IMG/VR virus record: IMGVR_UViG_3300027804_000173
Coordinates: 1 to 29,263 of that record
Source of the DNA: a virus
Taxonomy: Duplodnaviria; Caudoviricetes
Direction: 5' to 3' (one strand)
Length of the DNA stretch: 29,263 nucleotides
Below the pieces are notes generated by a model. The model had not been told where the DNA came from. It did no database searches and worked only from the letters and a program-made list of their open reading frames with translations. The position numbers were made by a program, and so were the translations under genes. This document shows positions 16,304-23,884 of the stretch, piece by piece (position 1 is the stretch's first letter; each line of letters starts with the position of its first letter).

Positions 16304-17232
16304 TTTTTACCCCTGTAATGAGCTAGACGACTTTGTTCTATACTTCTTATTTTTGGAAGCATCTTGTTTACAATAGTTTGCTGAATAGATTTCATCTTTC
16401 TTACTTGCATTTCAATTCTATTTTTTTCAGATGCTGATAAAGTAGAACGGTCTCGTCCACGCAGTAATCGCTTATACATAGCGCGTTTTGCTGCAGCTAC
16501 AGCTCGTTTTTTCAATACTTCAGGAGATGATGAACGTCTTAATTTTAGCCCTTTAGCGATATTACGACGAGAACGATTTCTAGCAAATGCTTGTCTTTTC
16601 TTTAGTCTTGCTTGAGCAGATAACGCTTCATCTAAGCTATCATCTTCTACTAATTCGTTTTCTGGGTATAGATCAATAATATCTTCCCATGTTAGGTTTT
16701 CTACTATTTTATCAATTTCGTCTTCAGAAATTAATACTTCTTCTGTAATAAAATTTGCAAAAGAAACCACGGTTCCTTCCTGCTGTCTAGCTGCCCAAAT
16801 ATTATCAACCATGTTAGGATAAGGTCTACCGGCTGCTTTGGCTCTAGCTTTAGCTTTAGCCTTGGTGGAAGGTGAAAGCTTTTCGTGTTTTTTTACTGGT
16901 GAAGGCTTATCCCATACATTAGCTTCATCTACACCTTCAATATCTGCTTTTGGTACATGAGCGTATGGTAGGTCTCCAATCGTAGAATCTTTATGACCAA
17001 GCAATTTAAGCATAGTATCTACATGATTTTTCATATAGTCTTGATGCTGGTCTAATACCCCTAACGATTGCAATGCATCGTGGGCTGTAGACATATGGTA
17101 TGAAAAATCATGTACCATATCGTCATTAGCTTTACCAGCAGCTAGTGCTTTTTTTTCTACCGTTAAGTAATTATCTGTTGCTTCTAAAGCAGTTTTTAAA
17201 AGCTCGTGTTGTATATTTTTATCGGTAATCAT
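16300..17232 (-). CDS. putative internal head/core protein with highly basic C-terminus
   Basis: Acidic linkers ending LDE-A / VDE-A. Arg/Lys-rich C-terminal helix region. AKARAKAAGRPYPNMVDNIWA module. Confidence 0.6.
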   Translation of the reverse strand: MITDKNIQHELLKTALEATDNYLTVEKKALAAGKANDDMVHDFSYHMSTAHDALQSLGVLDQHQDYMKNHVDTMLKLLGHKDSTIGDLPYAHVPKADIEGVDEANVWDKPSPVKKHEKLSPSTKAKAKARAKAAGRPYPNMVDNIWAARQQEGTVVSFANFITEEVLISEDEIDKIVENLTWEDIIDLYPENELVEDDSLDEALSAQARLKKRQAFARNRSRRNIAKGLKLRRSSSPEVLKKRAVAAAKRAMYKRLLRGRDRSTLSASEKNRIEMQVRKMKSIQQTIVNKMLPKIRSIEQSRLAHYRGKK

Positions 17233-17657
17233 TTAATAATAGCCTTTAACATCCATGCATGTTTTTCATGAGCTTGAATTCTATCTTGTAAGTAGTTAGA
17301 TATACCAAGTTCACCTGACTGCTCAGCTTGTTGATATGCATCTTTTAGGGATAATAAAAATACTTCATTATCCCTAGCAATAATCTTTATCATCATAACA
17401 GCTTCTGGTATGGAGCTTGCTTCTTCTAAAGAAGTTAGATCTAATAATCTAGAGAGTGAGGTAGGTGCATACTGATCTGTAGTTCTTATTAGTTCAGCGT
17501 ATGTATCAATAGATTCGAAAACTTCCTCATAAAAATTTTTTAAAAAATCATGGTATTGTACAAAATCTGGGCCTTCAACGTTCCAGTGAAAGCTATGTGC
17601 TTTAAAGTAAATCACATAAGAATCTGCTATTATTTTTCTTAAAATATCTACTATCAT
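17229..17657 (-). CDS. dps: Dps family ferritin-like protein
   Basis: KAHSFHWNVEGPDFVQYH..L...YEE....IDTYAE ferroxidase signature and HEKHAWML. Confidence 0.92.
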   Translation of the reverse strand: MIVDILRKIIADSYVIYFKAHSFHWNVEGPDFVQYHDFLKNFYEEVFESIDTYAELIRTTDQYAPTSLSRLLDLTSLEEASSIPEAVMMIKIIARDNEVFLLSLKDAYQQAEQSGELGISNYLQDRIQAHEKHAWMLKAIIK

Positions 17658-18667
17658 TATAAACCAGTGTATTGTTTAAATTGCATTTTTTGAAGCGTGG
17701 GTGGTTTCATAGCTATTCCAGCTACTACTTTACGTTGAGCATCTGAGGTAGGTGTTGCTGTTAAATCGGACTCATGCCCTGTTTTTTCACCTAAATGTTT
17801 ACCAGCGCGAATATCTTCAATGTGTTTTTTAAACATTTTATAAGCACCGGGACATGCGTCTAAGCTTCTAGTTTGTATACCATCGAACTCTAGCTGCATG
17901 TTCTGTTCATGTAACTGTTGTTTTTGTAACGTATTCATTAACAGATAAGGTAAACTTTCTTTAAGTCTTTTATTCTTCACTGGCTTTTCTCCAGGTGTCA
18001 TTTGTTTCATGTGATCTGTACCTTCTTTTTCACCCCATTGAAATTTAGAGATTTTAAGATGCGGGTCGTAAATTTCATTAACTTTAAGTGCTTTTCTAAC
18101 TGCATGGTATACTTTTTCTTTATGCTCATCGGATAACCCTGACATTAACCCAGATTTAAATTTATCTTTTTCACCAGCAATAGCATGACCTCGTAGTTTA
18201 GTACCAGACATTCCAGATGCTCCCTCGGCATCTGGATCACGTTGTCCTGCTGATACAACCTTAATACTTTTAAAGTTGTACAATGCTCCAGGGTGTTCTC
18301 CATTATATTGATGTAATTTTTGCTTATATTCATCTACTCTATCGGAACCAGCCACCATAACAAGATGTTTATGGCCTTGTTGATGTAGTTGTTTAGCTAT
18401 GTGAAGCATAGAAGGCATTTCTTTAGAAGACGATGCAACATGTGCTTCTGGGTATGCATGTTTAATTAATTTTACTTTATGTTCTGCAGTTAATGGGTTT
18501 TTCTTGGCATCTTGAGAATGTGAAGTATAGATATGTGCTACTGAATTATGTTTTTTAGCTACTTCTATAGTTTTATTAAAAAGCTTTTCATGCCCAACCG
18601 TAGGAGGATTGTTTCTCCCATAAGTAAAGACAGCAGTTTTTTCGGTAGATTCTAGGAATGTTTTCAT
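17657..18667 (-). CDS. HxGH-superfamily nucleotidyltransferase (cytidylyltransferase/NMNAT/PPAT-like) with C-terminal extension
   Basis: FTYGRNNPPTVGHEKL, KNPL....K, MVAGSDRV and MSGTKLR motifs. Confidence 0.85.
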   Translation of the reverse strand: MKTFLESTEKTAVFTYGRNNPPTVGHEKLFNKTIEVAKKHNSVAHIYTSHSQDAKKNPLTAEHKVKLIKHAYPEAHVASSSKEMPSMLHIAKQLHQQGHKHLVMVAGSDRVDEYKQKLHQYNGEHPGALYNFKSIKVVSAGQRDPDAEGASGMSGTKLRGHAIAGEKDKFKSGLMSGLSDEHKEKVYHAVRKALKVNEIYDPHLKISKFQWGEKEGTDHMKQMTPGEKPVKNKRLKESLPYLLMNTLQKQQLHEQNMQLEFDGIQTRSLDACPGAYKMFKKHIEDIRAGKHLGEKTGHESDLTATPTSDAQRKVVAGIAMKPPTLQKMQFKQYTGL

Positions 18668-18671
18668 CAGA

Positions 18672-18680
18672 ATATTTATC
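18672..18680 (-). promoter_or_regulatory. possible T4-type late promoter
   Basis: GATAAATA (T4 consensus TATAAATA) overlaps the upstream stop codon, 5 nt before the nucleotidyltransferase ATG. No SD visible. Confidence 0.35.
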
Positions 18681-18879
18681 GTTTCTTTTTCTTCCCTTGC
18701 ACCATATTAATTCGCCAATGGGCAAGTTGTTTTTCTCTGGGGCTGGCTGTATCTGATGATCTAACTTTTTTAAGTTGGGCGATTGTTTTACCTTTTAAAC
18801 CATGTCTGGCCATATCACCTTTATCTTCCGGATTACGACCGTCTTGAAAATTTTCTCTAATTTCTTTAAATGTTTTCAT
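18676..18879 (-). CDS. small basic protein with MKTFKEIRE leader (internal-protein-like)
   Basis: 67 aa from ATG at 18879 (TAATG overlap; GGAG upstream). Confidence 0.75.
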   Translation of the reverse strand: MKTFKEIRENFQDGRNPEDKGDMARHGLKGKTIAQLKKVRSSDTASPREKQLAHWRINMVQGKKKKR

Positions 18880-20741
18880 TAGTATATCTCCCTCCACTGC
18901 GCATTAACCCACAAACTAGCAGTACCACCAATAGCTTTTGCTGTTATTACATATATTTCGCTATCATTAGAATCTATATTTTGAGCAATAAAATTCTTCT
19001 TAGCATCACTTGGTTGATTGACAGGCGCAACACCCGTCCCCTTTGCGCTTCCCCCAGGGCTTGTTGTACCAACAACACCTCCGTCTAGTATATCCCCACC
19101 TACGAAAGCGGTAGCGTTAGCTGAGTACTCAACAGCAGAATCTGAATTTACAGAAACCCAGCCTGGGTTGGACAATGTAATATTAGCAAGCCCGCTGAGC
19201 TTACGTATAGCCCAGTAACATGGATAATTTTCCGCGTATATATTAATATTCCTTGATCTTACAACGACGCGATTTGGATATCCTCTAAAGGTGTTTTTTA
19301 ATCTGAAGGCTAATATAGGGTATTCACCGTTAGCAACGGTTACGCTTTGACCGGTTTGACCTGAGTCAACGCTAAAATCAATACCTGATTCTACATAGCC
19401 GCCCTCAGATACAACCGTAGAGCAGATTTGATCAAAATATCCCCCAGCTGAAATACCAGTATTTCTTATCTCACACCTTATTGGAAGGTTAGGATTACTC
19501 ATGTATACAGTAGGTAAAAAGTTACTATTATAAAATTCATGCGCAATAATTGTTTGGCCATTATGTACAAACCCACAACGAACCCGTCCTACACCTAGCC
19601 ATTGAAAGTCAATAAAAATAATTTGTGTTTTTGTTATATCTAAATCCCATGTACCGGCTTTTCCATAATTACTACCATCAGTAGATGTACCTGTAATAGT
19701 CGTATTACACGTATTCATATTCCACTGTGATTGAGTTATTCTGCGAGAATCTGAAGGTGTGCCAGATGTATCAGTTCTAATAACAAAACTAAGAACCCCA
19801 TTGCCGTCTTGCTCAAAGTAAATACCATTACGATCATCAAAATAGCCAGTGCGTTTTGTTACATTGGCAGTATGGGCGTAGAAATTAACTGTGCTCTTTA
19901 TTAACTGACTTTTACCCGGCATGTAATTATGGTACATCTTGGTTTGATGTATAGCATTACTTCTTGGGTGGGTGTTACTTGTTAGTCTAGCGGCCGATTG
20001 GTATGCTGTGTGAGTAACATTACCGCCGAACTGCATTACATCTGCAAAGTTAGGATCAATACCATAAGTGTGTTTGTAATCTCCAAGGGTAAATTCTTCC
20101 GATACTCTTAAGCGACCAAAAGCATCTTGCTGGCCATCTACAACGGTTGTGGTTATAGATCCCCCGCTAATAACAGCTGTAACTGGTAGCGGGTTAGATA
20201 CTGAAACAGAGGTTGTACTATTGTTCAAATATACATTACCGGTAACAGCAACATTACCAATTATACTTGGAATTGTAATTACATTAACATTACCTGTAAA
20301 AGTAGGTATATTAATAACATTTACATTTGCAGTACTAATAACATTAACATTACCTGTAAAAGTAGGTATCGATAATACGTTAATGTTACCGCTTGAAACA
20401 ACTACATTGCCGATAACATTAACATTACCTGCAACAAATACATTACCTCCAACTGGCATGAATGGTGTAATTATGTTACCAGATGCTCCGATTTCTGTTA
20501 CATGAACATGAACCGGGTTTTCTGGAGTGCTGCTAACCGTTACTGTATCAATAATGTTAGTATTACCAATAACAGTAATATTTGCACCGCCTAGTGAAAC
20601 AGGCAGAGGGTTAGCGGTAGTTACTCTTGATGTATTGTTATTTAAATAGACATTACCCCAGACTGGTAACGCATTACCTATATCGTTCTTAACTTCAACT
20701 TCGTTTGAAATAGTTGAATTACCACTGAACAAATATGTCAT
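18879..20741 (-). CDS. large beta-rich protein with GNV repeats (fibre/appendage-like)
   Basis: NPLPV and many GNVxV repeats in the N-third, followed by DAFGRLRVS and a beta-sandwich-like C-domain (DFQWLGVGRVRCG). Start at 20741 via ATGA overlap. Confidence 0.7.
   Translation of the reverse strand: MTYLFSGNSTISNEVEVKNDIGNALPVWGNVYLNNNTSRVTTANPLPVSLGGANITVIGNTNIIDTVTVSSTPENPVHVHVTEIGASGNIITPFMPVGGNVFVAGNVNVIGNVVVSSGNINVLSIPTFTGNVNVISTANVNVINIPTFTGNVNVITIPSIIGNVAVTGNVYLNNSTTSVSVSNPLPVTAVISGGSITTTVVDGQQDAFGRLRVSEEFTLGDYKHTYGIDPNFADVMQFGGNVTHTAYQSAARLTSNTHPRSNAIHQTKMYHNYMPGKSQLIKSTVNFYAHTANVTKRTGYFDDRNGIYFEQDGNGVLSFVIRTDTSGTPSDSRRITQSQWNMNTCNTTITGTSTDGSNYGKAGTWDLDITKTQIIFIDFQWLGVGRVRCGFVHNGQTIIAHEFYNSNFLPTVYMSNPNLPIRCEIRNTGISAGGYFDQICSTVVSEGGYVESGIDFSVDSGQTGQSVTVANGEYPILAFRLKNTFRGYPNRVVVRSRNINIYAENYPCYWAIRKLSGLANITLSNPGWVSVNSDSAVEYSANATAFVGGDILDGGVVGTTSPGGSAKGTGVAPVNQPSDAKKNFIAQNIDSNDSEIYVITAKAIGGTASLWVNAQWREIY
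20281..20369. repeat. 29-nt exact direct repeat, 60-nt period, in coding sequence
   Basis: acattaacattacctgtaaaagtaggtat at 20281-20309 and 20341-20369, encoding IPTFTGNVNV twice. Confidence 0.9.
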
Positions 20742-21529
20742 ATTATTCTCCAACCTTCTCTGTATATCATTTGTATACCACCGTTGTCCATTTGTAAAAT
20801 AAAGCCACCGGGATCATTATCGACATTACCAAGCACTGTTATAGGGTTGGATGAGCAGTTACCTGACTCGTCTTTAATTACAACCTTTCTACCTGGAAAC
20901 CCTATCGCATCAGGTAGGGTAATGGTAACAGATGAGGCAGCGTTTACGCCTATGTAATAATCTTTTCTTGTAATGGTGTAGTTATTGGTAACTAGCTTAA
21001 CCGGGAAGTCTAAATTAATTACATCACCTGCACCGCCACCTGGCCCGGTTAAAGAGATCTTACTTAACCAGTCTTCTAAAAACTTTATCTTTTTTCTTAT
21101 ATCGTTAACCGATCTAGAAGTAAGTTCAGCATCAGGTTGTTGATATGAATCTGCTCTTTCTTCCAGCTTTACTTCATTTGTAATATGATTAGCTACTACA
21201 CTAACAATATCAGCAGGTTTATCTTCTTTTGCAGGTTCTTCTACTTTTTGTACAGCTGGCTCGTCTATTTGCTCTTTAAAGAAATCCAAAACCTCTTCTA
21301 GCGTAGGAGGTAATGGGTATTCTATTTCTTCCTTTACAGTTTCTTCTTTTAAAGGGACTGATTGCGCTGCAACAAACAAGTCTTTAATTGAATTGGTTTT
21401 TACCGATTGCTTAATTTCATTCTGCAGCTGCTCGTATCGCTCCACCTCTTCAACCAAAGCGGCATCGATAGGCTCGTTCATTGCTTTAGCCCATTTCACC
21501 AAAAGCTGCTTTTCTTTAATACTTTTCAT
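20738..21529 (-). CDS. hypothetical protein with acidic N-region and tail-fibre-like C-terminal domain
   Basis: GPGGGAG hinge, then YTIT..DYYIGVN....VTITLP.....GRKVVIKDESG..S.NPITV, resembling T4-type fibre repeat domains. Confidence 0.65.
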   Translation of the reverse strand: MKSIKEKQLLVKWAKAMNEPIDAALVEEVERYEQLQNEIKQSVKTNSIKDLFVAAQSVPLKEETVKEEIEYPLPPTLEEVLDFFKEQIDEPAVQKVEEPAKEDKPADIVSVVANHITNEVKLEERADSYQQPDAELTSRSVNDIRKKIKFLEDWLSKISLTGPGGGAGDVINLDFPVKLVTNNYTITRKDYYIGVNAASSVTITLPDAIGFPGRKVVIKDESGNCSSNPITVLGNVDNDPGGFILQMDNGGIQMIYREGWRII

Positions 21530-21578
21530 GGATTATCTATTGCCTAGCTACTAAAATTCATATGTGGGCCGTTGAGAA

Positions 21579-22769
21579 TTACCTTGGTCTAGCGGCAAAG
21601 TTAGCTCGACTAAATTCTGCTCTATCTACTAACTTAGTTGGTCTACCATCACGAATAACTACATAACCTTCTGGTTTAGCTGGTTTACCATCGATAGATT
21701 GTTGAAACTTACTATGAGTTGATAGAGCATGAACTAATTGATCCTTAGCTGCTTGTAAGTGATGGTGCATATTAAAAATAGAATTAAAATGTTCACTATT
21801 CTTATTTACATGCTTCATATCTTCTTCCATCTTCTGTGATTTATTTTCTACAGCTTTAGCAGTCTTAACCCCTGCTATCTGTCTAAGATGGTAGTTTTTA
21901 AGATGTTCTTGATAACCTTCAACCGATGGTTTGGTTCCTTCTCTTACTGTTTTATTAATATACGTTTTAAGATGTTCTACATGGTTATCTAATACTTTGT
22001 AGTGCTTTTTATCGAACTGTTTAAATTGACCTACAGCCTGATCCATGTGGTGTTGATAAGTATGGGCTTGATTAGTAGTTAGTTTGGCATGTTCGGCATC
22101 ACCTGCTACATCAATTAAATGAACATCAGGGTGTGAACCGAAGTGTGACAGATCGGCGCCTACTTCGGCTCTCAAATCACTAAAACGATTACCAGTATAA
22201 GAGGTATGTACAGCCACACCGAGTTTGGATTTTGCAATTTTCCTTCCTTCTGCTGACCCTTTTGGAGTAGAATAAGTTATAGTATTAGGTTTAAAGTGAT
22301 ACTTACCTCTATCCTCCATCACATCTCCATGAGGATTATCTTCACTTTTTATTCCCCCTGTATGCATAATATCACCCTGATAAACCCCAGCTTTGGGAGT
22401 TACTTTAGGTAGATGTTCAAGTGCATGCTTGAGTTTTTCTACTAAGCCGGGAGCATGACCATGATTTTGTTCTATGTCTTCAAACGTGTAATTTAGTTTA
22501 GGGTTTTTATTAAACGCAGACTTAGATGCAACAAAAAACTGACCATTATCGGGGTTAGTACCAAATACCACAGAAGGGGATCCATCATACTTGGTTGTAA
22601 TTTTTGTTTTGTTTTTCTTACCTTGCAGCTGGTCTTTAACGTCTTCCAGATTATGGAAGGCATGCGCAAAACCTTCGAAACCAGCGTTGATGACATGATC
22701 TTCTGCGTGCTCTAGATGAGTAAGTTTATCTTCTGTTGATTCGTTGATAAACGACGTTAGTGTAATCAT
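21579..22769 (-). CDS. ligase-like covalent nucleotidyltransferase-fold protein
   Basis: Motif I TKYDGS, Ia-like ASKS, III-like YQGDIM, IV EGYVV and V-like TKLVDR occur in the correct order. N-terminal HLEH.ED motif. Confidence 0.65.
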   Translation of the reverse strand: MITLTSFINESTEDKLTHLEHAEDHVINAGFEGFAHAFHNLEDVKDQLQGKKNKTKITTKYDGSPSVVFGTNPDNGQFFVASKSAFNKNPKLNYTFEDIEQNHGHAPGLVEKLKHALEHLPKVTPKAGVYQGDIMHTGGIKSEDNPHGDVMEDRGKYHFKPNTITYSTPKGSAEGRKIAKSKLGVAVHTSYTGNRFSDLRAEVGADLSHFGSHPDVHLIDVAGDAEHAKLTTNQAHTYQHHMDQAVGQFKQFDKKHYKVLDNHVEHLKTYINKTVREGTKPSVEGYQEHLKNYHLRQIAGVKTAKAVENKSQKMEEDMKHVNKNSEHFNSIFNMHHHLQAAKDQLVHALSTHSKFQQSIDGKPAKPEGYVVIRDGRPTKLVDRAEFSRANFAARPR

Positions 22770-23488
22770 TACTTAAAGGGGTTCTTTTTACGGGTACCTG
22801 GTTTACAAGAAAAATCGCTAACCGGCATTTGCTTAATTTTTATTTCTGCCTGCACTTCATAAAATTCACTTCTAGTACCAATACGTACTTTAAAATCACC
22901 TCTCCCTGTCAAAAGAGGTATGGAGTTACCAAGTTTAAACGGATCTGAAGCACCTATACGATAAAAATCATCCCCTGCTTGCATATAATTAGCAGGTTCA
23001 GTTTTACCAATAGTATAATGCTCCGTTACTACCTTTCCTAAATCATAATTCTCTTTACTAGCTATATACCTATTTACCCCTGGTTTAGCGAAATATGATT
23101 TCATAATATGAAGAGGTATAGCGCCTTCTTCTTTAAGCCCTGATTTTGTAGTAGGTATTTTTAAAATTTTTAAAGGAATACCAGAAAATTCAGCAATTTT
23201 TTTAAGAAAGTCTTTAGTTTGCGGTGAAGTGTTCAGTATATCTACTGCATACTTAGCTGCAGGTGTACTATATGTAGTCTGCCACTTACCATCAGAAAAA
23301 TACATTCTGGGGTTAGATAAGTTGTCTGAGTGACTCATCTTAACCTCTACATAAGAAGTTTTACCTTTGTAAGTTACCAGTACATCCGGGTAATCCGTAC
23401 CAACCGTTGGACGTATAGCCTTCACCCCGGGTAAGCTATTCATAAAAGCTGCTACATCTTTTTCGTATTTGTCAGAAGCTGCTGACAT
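22769..23488 (-). CDS. PD-(D/E)xK restriction-endonuclease-like protein
   Basis: KYE...YPDVLVTYKGKTSYVEVK (E...PD-x10-EVK). Strong AAGGAG SD. Confidence 0.7.
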   Translation of the reverse strand: MSAASDKYEKDVAAFMNSLPGVKAIRPTVGTDYPDVLVTYKGKTSYVEVKMSHSDNLSNPRMYFSDGKWQTTYSTPAAKYAVDILNTSPQTKDFLKKIAEFSGIPLKILKIPTTKSGLKEEGAIPLHIMKSYFAKPGVNRYIASKENYDLGKVVTEHYTIGKTEPANYMQAGDDFYRIGASDPFKLGNSIPLLTGRGDFKVRIGTRSEFYEVQAEIKIKQMPVSDFSCKPGTRKKNPFK

Positions 23489-23505
23489 AAGACTCCTTTT
23501 TTATT

Positions 23506-23514
23506 ATATTTATC
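23506..23514 (-). promoter_or_regulatory. putative late promoter at the start of the late block
   Basis: GATAAATA immediately after a terminator and ~18 nt before the ATG at 23488. Confidence 0.5.
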
Positions 23515-23519
23515 ACAAT

Positions 23520-23545
23520 AAAAAACCCCGGACAAGCCGGGGTTT
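23520..23545 (-). terminator. Rho-independent terminator
   Basis: AAACCCCGG-CTTGT-CCGGGGTTT followed by further T's, downstream of the HTH gene stop. Confidence 0.85.
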
Positions 23546-23563
23546 GATTCAACTAACTACTTT

Positions 23564-23812
23564 TTAGTTGAAAACTGAACTACCATGCACTGCAAACGCA
23601 GCTGCAACCATGCGACGGGAAGGAGTTCCCAGACGGTAGGCAGTCTTGCCATTTTTAGCCGTGTTGCTGTAAATAGCATAACCCTGGCTACGAAGCTCGG
23701 AAATACGAGCAGCAACGGTACCTTCGGTAGTCTTAAACAGACCAGCCAGTTGACCGGCAGTAAATTGACGGCCTGACTTCAGGGTTTTAAGAACACTAGT
23801 TTGAATCGACAT
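23564..23812 (-). CDS. winged helix-turn-helix DNA-binding protein
   Basis: L..LKSG..FTA.QLA..F......VAARISELRSQGYAI...YRL pattern. GAGGA SD before ATG at 23812 (alternative start 23824). Confidence 0.8.
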   Translation of the reverse strand: MSIQTSVLKTLKSGRQFTAGQLAGLFKTTEGTVAARISELRSQGYAIYSNTAKNGKTAYRLGTPSRRMVAAAFAVHGSSVFN

Positions 23813-23831
23813 AAGTTTCCTCATGATATAT

Positions 23832-23877
23832 CCCCGCCACAAAAGACTACAATAGACGGCGGTGGTTCTATTGTAGT
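23832..23877 (-). promoter_or_regulatory. structured RNA element (11-bp hairpin, potential H-type pseudoknot) in the HTH gene leader
   Basis: ACTACAATAGA-accaccgccg-TCTATTGTAGT-cttttg-TGGCGG. Loop CCGCCG is complementary to downstream TGGCGG (one G-U). Confidence 0.5.
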
Positions 23878-23884
23878 AAAAATA

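Noticed and set aside
20281-20369. 29-nt direct repeat with a 31-nt spacer, superficially like a mini CRISPR array
   Set aside because: Only two copies, in frame (60-nt period) inside a coding repeat. The spacer encodes the same type of peptide repeat and no cas genes are present.
20149-20505. 118-aa + strand ORF with ITLTLPVKVGI repeats
   Set aside because: Antisense shadow of the GNV-repeat gene; the repeat codons simply lack stops on the opposite strand.
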